Shown: positions 58,518-64,000 of the stretch, piece after piece
Numbering within the stretch: the first letter of the stretch is position 1
How the letters are laid out: every line of letters starts with the position of its first letter
The notes under the pieces: model-generated
Databases searched by the model: none
What the model was told of the DNA's origin: nothing
The model's input: the letters and a program-made list of their open reading frames with translations, nothing else
Position numbers and translations under genes: made by a program
NCBI GenBank assembly: GCA_047495785.1
Contig: JBLDXI010000085.1
Coordinates: 124,001 to 188,000, forward strand
From: Lepidodermella squamata
Lineage: Eukaryota; Animalia; Gastrotricha
Direction of reading: 5' to 3'
Length of the DNA: 64,000 bases

Positions 58518-58570
58518 CCTCAGTAGGATTTAAACCCTCGCGCGGATACCGCATCCGATTTCTAGCCAGA
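58518..58570 (-). pseudogene. 3'-half remnant of tRNA-Ser(AGA)
   Basis: CTGGCT-AGA-AATCGG, long variable arm GCGG-TAT-CCGC, T-arm GGTTTAAATCC; 5' half missing. Confidence 0.45.
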
Positions 58571-59128
58571 GCTACACACTTTTCCAATATCAAAAGAATC
58601 ACATTGGAATCCCAATCCCAGGTTTCGTTCTCAAGAAAGGGTGTTCGGGATCCCATGCCGAGAAAAAGAGTTCTCATAAATTAGCAACTGGTTGCTGGTA
58701 AGGTCTAATAAAGCTGAATGAAGGTTTGCAAGCACATAGTTCAGGGTTGAGAGTCCTGAATACAACGACGATCGACGAGCTTCGAAAAAAAGTCGAACCA
58801 AAGATAATTTATTATTGTCTCACTTATTTGACTTGAAGGTTCATGCTGTCAAAATAAAATGCTACATTGCAGCATTTAACTATACAGCATAGAGAGAGTT
58901 AATAGTCGAATGTCAAATGTATCGACTCATATTAAAGTCCGATTCTTTAGCATCAAGCGAAGGTTTCACAGAGATAACCGAGCGCGCAGGAGCGTTACAG
59001 CTCGCGTCTTGAATAAGGCCGCCATCGTAAAGAATTGCACAGGCATCTGCGCCGAAATTAGGCTCGCCAGCGCCAGAATCCCACAGCGGAAAGTTGGCAT
59101 ACGGCGTGCCATCGTCCCATGTCCAATT

Positions 59129-59392
59129 TCAGATCAGCCTACTGGTGAACAGTTGCCAACTGGTTGCCAATCAGTGAAGCGATCATCAGTGGCATCAGTG
59201 TGCGAAAGACCGAGGTTACAGTGCGAACTGTAACCCCACCTGGAGAGACCTGGAGAGGTTATGGCAAGATAACCACAGAAAAAATACAGGGTCAGATGGA
59301 ATTCGGGGCCGAAACTACCCACACCTGGTGTATCCTACTTCTTCTACTGATTGGCAACCAGTTGGCAACTGGTCACCAGTAGGCTGATCTGA
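59129..59392. mobile_element. MITE with ~45-bp TIR
   Basis: tcagatcagcctactggtgaacagttgccaactggttgccaatcagt / actgattggcaaccagttggcaactggtcaccagtaggctgatctga. Confidence 0.75.
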
Positions 59393-59885
59393 TGAGGTGA
59401 AAGCAGTTCAGTTGGTCCTCAACGCCATCGTCCACAGGTTTTATTAACTCGTTTATTATTAATAATTTTATTAGAACCAAAGAGTGATAGAATGAGGCTA
59501 GGCCAAGGCTACCTGCTTCAAATCAACTCGCCCGCATCCCGACAGGTTAAGCTCGTGTTCCAATAGATCCTTAGTTCGATGGAAAGTTGTAGATCTGAGA
59601 AATATGTAGGATGTGAGTAGCCAATATCAAAAATGTTCAAATTTTCCAAGTTTATTCTAATTTGCAATTGGCTGTCCTGCTACCAGCAATAGTATGAGGC
59701 TCAATTGCATTTGACCTAAATATCTAAAAAAATGGCGTTAAAATCAGGTCAAACAATCAAAGCTATTTGTGAATTGACCTCTTCTTTTTATGCCTAACTT
59801 CTTTACTATGGCGCGCGATAGGTTTTGCGTATAAAACGTGAAATTTCTCTTTTATGATATTTATTTCTATAAATTTTCGCAAAAA

Positions 59886-62800
59886 ATGAGGTCGATTCTT
59901 GCTTTCGCTATATTGCTCAATTTCGCTGAAATTTCTCAAGGAATAGTGAGTAGCTTCCAAATCAATGATTCCTAGTATGATAATTTGTATTTTTTCCATA
60001 GACTCCAGAGCATGAAGATGTTCTCCGGCAATTGAGTGACGCGATGCGTGCAAATCGGGGCCTTTCACCAGTAATTTCCATAGAAATATCGTCATCAGTT
60101 TGTGTTACAAATTATTGCTATAGGCCAATCGTAGCGTCCCGCTAAAGCTATGCGGCATTCCAGATCTCGAAACCGCGCAAGCAAAACTGAGGCGACAACT
60201 GGCAATCGCAGATGGTGAGCCATTTGTGGCCGGATTGAGATTGGATTCGAATTTATGGACATTCCCCATCCGATACAAATTCGATGAGTCTACGCCATAT
60301 GGTTAGTTGAAATAATTGTGATTTTTTTGAATCCCGAGACATCAACATTCACCAAAATTATCGTCATAATTTTCAATTTAATCCAGTCTTCCTGAATAAT
60401 ATAATTTATTTAATTAATTTTTTTTTATTTGTTCATTGAAATATTTAAGAAGAAATTTAATGTTTTCAATACAGAGGTCGGTGAAAAAGCAATCATCCGT
60501 GCAGGTATGGATCGCTGGGAAGAGGTTACATGTGCCCGATTTGTCGAAAATCAAACTCTACCTGAGCCTGAAAATGGTCTGAAAATCTTTAAAGGAATAG
60601 GGTCAGTCAGTTTTGTTAAATGATAGGTATATTGTATGCAAAAAATCTATTGAATATTCTTTTCAAAGATGCTGGTCATACATTGGTCGGCTGCAAGATG
60701 GGAAACGACAAGACTTGTCTCTAGAAAACGGCTGCATGGGGGTATCTATCATTTCTTGAAAAGCTATTGAACTCAAAGATTGAACGCGAACCTCATACAG
60801 GTATTCATTTCAGCTCACGAAATCGGCCACGCACTGGGAATGGTTGGGTTTTTTGATACATATTGATATCCTTAGTCACCATGTGCGTCTCTAGGATCAC
60901 GAGCAATCGAGAACCGATCGCGACAATTACATCAGAATTATATACGAAAATATTGTGGAGTAAGTTGTTTTGAAATTTCGAATCGAAACTTTGATTTGCT
61001 TTCAGGGGCGAGGATTACAATTTCGACACCGAACTGTCCGATGAAAATTTCAATGTCCCATATACGTACGATTCTGTCATGCAATACGGCTGGAACGCTT
61101 TCGGGAAAGGATGGAACTATCGAACAATTGTGCCGTACGATAAACGATTCATGTACACCATGATGCAGCAGAATTACATCGCTTTTGGTGACGCAAAACG
61201 AATCAATATACGTTATCAATGCGGTAAGCCAAAATCTTGCTACAGTAGATGCTAGATGCGATATTTTGGGGATTGAGGAAAACATATCGTTAGAAGTTAG
61301 CATCGAATAGCCACATTTTACTTGTTGGATTTAATAATACGATTTTCTCTGCAAGTCAAGAATCTCAAAAATCAATCATTTCAATTCGAATCTTCAAAAT
61401 TTTCCTGTTACATGAAATCAAATCAAATCAAATTTTGGTACTGGGCTATAATTTCGGGCTCTCCACATTTTGAGGCCGATTTTTTGTCATAACTGTTTTA
61501 TTTATGCTTTCAGTGGAAACTTCATGCAATGGCAAACCCCTGCCACGAAGTTGCCACAATGCAGGCTATCAGAACCCGAACAACTGCTCAAAGTGTCTAT
61601 GCCCGGAGGGTCTGGGTGGCGATTTCTGCGAGACCTACGCTCCGCACAAAGGTCCAGTTCATTGCGGCGGTTACATTGATGTAAAAGCTTGCAGCTACAC
61701 TTCGATCACTTCACCTGGCTACCCGAATACCTTCGACGAGACAACGACTTGCAATTGGTGGATTCGAGCGGTAAAATTTAACCATTTCTTTCAAATCAGA
61801 ACTTGGAAGATTGTCGTTTCAGCCGGCTGGTTCTGGACTAGTTTTCGCCTTCGGAAAAACTCCTGATCTACCCAGCGAATATTTATGTAACACCCTGAAG
61901 CTAATTACCTGAAGTATTGATGGTTTTTCAATTAATTTTAGATTACACGAGTTGCGGGGATTATGTTTCAATTAAAGATTTCAGCAGTATTGAAAAATCA
62001 GCAATGAGGTTCAAAATATTTATTGATAAATTGATTGCTTCATGTATTTTCTCAGGTTTTGCACCGACAGCGTTTCAAATGGCCGAGTGTACTCAACTGA
62101 TGACAATCAAGCTATAGTCACATTCGGAACGCAGGGCATCCCAAGTACCAGCACCGGGTTCAATTTGACTGTCTACACAACTTGCCCGGGTACAACGGCC
62201 AGCTCGCTCACTAAGGAGTGTCGAATTACCGATAGTGGTCGCGATTATGAAGGCCTGAACGTTACTACGTCGTCCAGGGGTAACGCATGCTTGAAATGGT
62301 CAGACAGGGCAACTGTGTACGATTTGGGACTGCCAATGGGTGATGTTGCCGCGTCGGCAAATGCCTGCCGTGCCTATTTCACCAACGACGATGACCTTGT
62401 ATGCTTCGTCGGCAAAAACGTTTATGGCACTTGTCCTCTAGTCGATAAGTGCCCAACAAGTAAGTAACGTGCTTAATTGAAAAGGGCCGATAAATAATTA
62501 AGGAGGAATTTTTCAATTTTTTTCATTTGAACTCTAGCTTTTTGTCCCAATCCGTGTCAAAACGGGGGAACTTGTGTTGGCGTAGAAATTTGCAGCTGCC
62601 AGCCTGGTTGGACCGGATCAACCTGCTCATCTCGTGAGTTCTATAGTTTCCAATAAGTTCCAAAATATTACGCTGACACTTTTCAGGAATCCCACCAAAA
62701 TATGAAAGATGCTTCCTGAAGAGTACTGGCGATTTATCTATATGTCGATTGGCACCTCCGCTGTCTTTGGGCTGCCATGAGTTTGAGTACCCGGTAAGGC

Positions 62801-64000
62801 TAACCAGTCATAGAAATTCCAGGGTTATTACCTAATTCAAGGGCGGTCGAACTTTTCCAAGCTACCAATCTTGCGAGAGAGGCGTAAGTGAATGAAAATG
62901 TCTTCAAATATGATGATGCTCGGTTGATAAAATAGCCTGTGAGCTACTGCTTTTTACCCGCAACTGCCGACTTCAATTGTCGCTTTGGTGAATGCAATAT
63001 CGACGAGAAACGGGTAAAATCGATATTTCATACTTGAACACCTAGAATATTCCGAGAAATTTAAGGTCAAAATCTTCTCAAGCTCCAGATTTTTCGCCGG
63101 TGAGAATTTAATGGAATGCCGTAATCTGGCTACACCGGTAACACGATTTCCCTTTTAATTTGATTTCCACAAGCTTTTCGTTCCCTCCAGATGGAATATT
63201 ATCGTTGGTCCAGTTCGAACTTCACGAAAATCTCCTGCCGACCAACAAGGGGCTTCAAGCCCGGAGATGTTTGCTTGAATTCGATCATAAATTTCCTTGA
63301 TCAAAATCCCTTTGCAGCTTCTCAACGGCATTTACTCAGATCGGGCTAGTTGCCTTAACAGTATGCAATGATATAAATTTTCCATATCCGAATGACTTCT
63401 TTTCTTCATCAGACACAATCGCCGAGCAGCCGAGCAACTGCTCAAAGTGTCTATGCCCGGAGGGTCTGGGTGGCGATTTCTGCGAGACCTACGCTCCGCA
63501 CAAAGGTCCAGTTCATTGCGGCGGTTACATTGATGTAAAAGCTTGCAGCTACACTTCGATCACTTCACCTGGCTACCCGAATACCTTCGACGAGACAACG
63601 ACTTGCAATTGGTGGATTCGAGCGGTAAAATTTAACCATTTCTTTCAAATCAGAACTTGGAAGATTGTCGTTTCAGCCGGCTGGTTCTGGACTAGTTTTC
63701 GCCTTCGGAAAAACTCCTGATCTACCCAGCGAATATTTATGTAACACCCTGAAGCTAATTACCTGAAGTATTGATGGTTTTTCAATTAATTTTAGATTAC
63801 ACGAGTTGCGGGGATTATGTTTCAATTAAAGATTTCAGCAGTATTGAAAAATCAGCAATGAGGTTCAAAATATTTATTGATAAATTGATTGCTTCATGTA
63901 TTTTCTCAGGTTTTGCACCGACAGCGTTTCAAATGGCCGAGTGTACTCAACTGATGACAATCAAGCTATAGTCACATTCGGAACGCAGGGCATCCCAAGT
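59886..64000 (+). CDS. Astacin paralog 3, same architecture, runs off the window; contains an in-frame internal duplication from 63435
   Basis: MRSILAFAILLNFAEISQGI|..KLCGIPD..; HEIGHALGM|DHEQSRTDRD; YDSVMQY; EGF, CUB, kringle-like, EGF, then 4-Cys modules. Confidence 0.88.

Overview
Eukaryotic, almost certainly invertebrate, genomic DNA. It is AT-rich with very short GT-AG introns (about 45-60 nt), so the ORF track fragments most genes; the gene models below were spliced by hand. The window is a fast-evolving cluster of secreted and surface proteins. It holds two trypsin-fold proteins lacking the catalytic His, two ankyrin-repeat genes, two LamG/ConA-fold genes (decaying), two C-type lectins, an SGNH hydrolase, three tandem gustatory-receptor-like genes, two small secreted paralogs, a secreted dynein-light-chain-fold protein and three astacin-EGF-CUB-kringle-EGF paralogs. 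It also holds a tRNA/pseudo-tRNA cluster, many MITEs and a full-length CR1/L2-type LINE. The main observations are four. (1) An unrecognised ~40-aa four-cysteine module, usually encoded by two micro-exons, occurs in roughly 35 copies and is shuffled onto LamG, C-type lectin and astacin proteins. (2) The LINE ORF1 carries a PHD finger plus an OTU-like protease and is separated from an ATG-less, same-frame ORF2 by a single amber codon. (3) The astacin propeptides contain an MMP-like CGVPD 'cysteine switch' instead of the FxGD aspartate switch. (4) Normally cytosolic folds (ankyrin, LC8) carry signal peptides. Templated, microhomology-flanked duplications are pervasive; they may be real repair scars or amplification/assembly chimeras. 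No database searches were run, so all novelty claims need checking.
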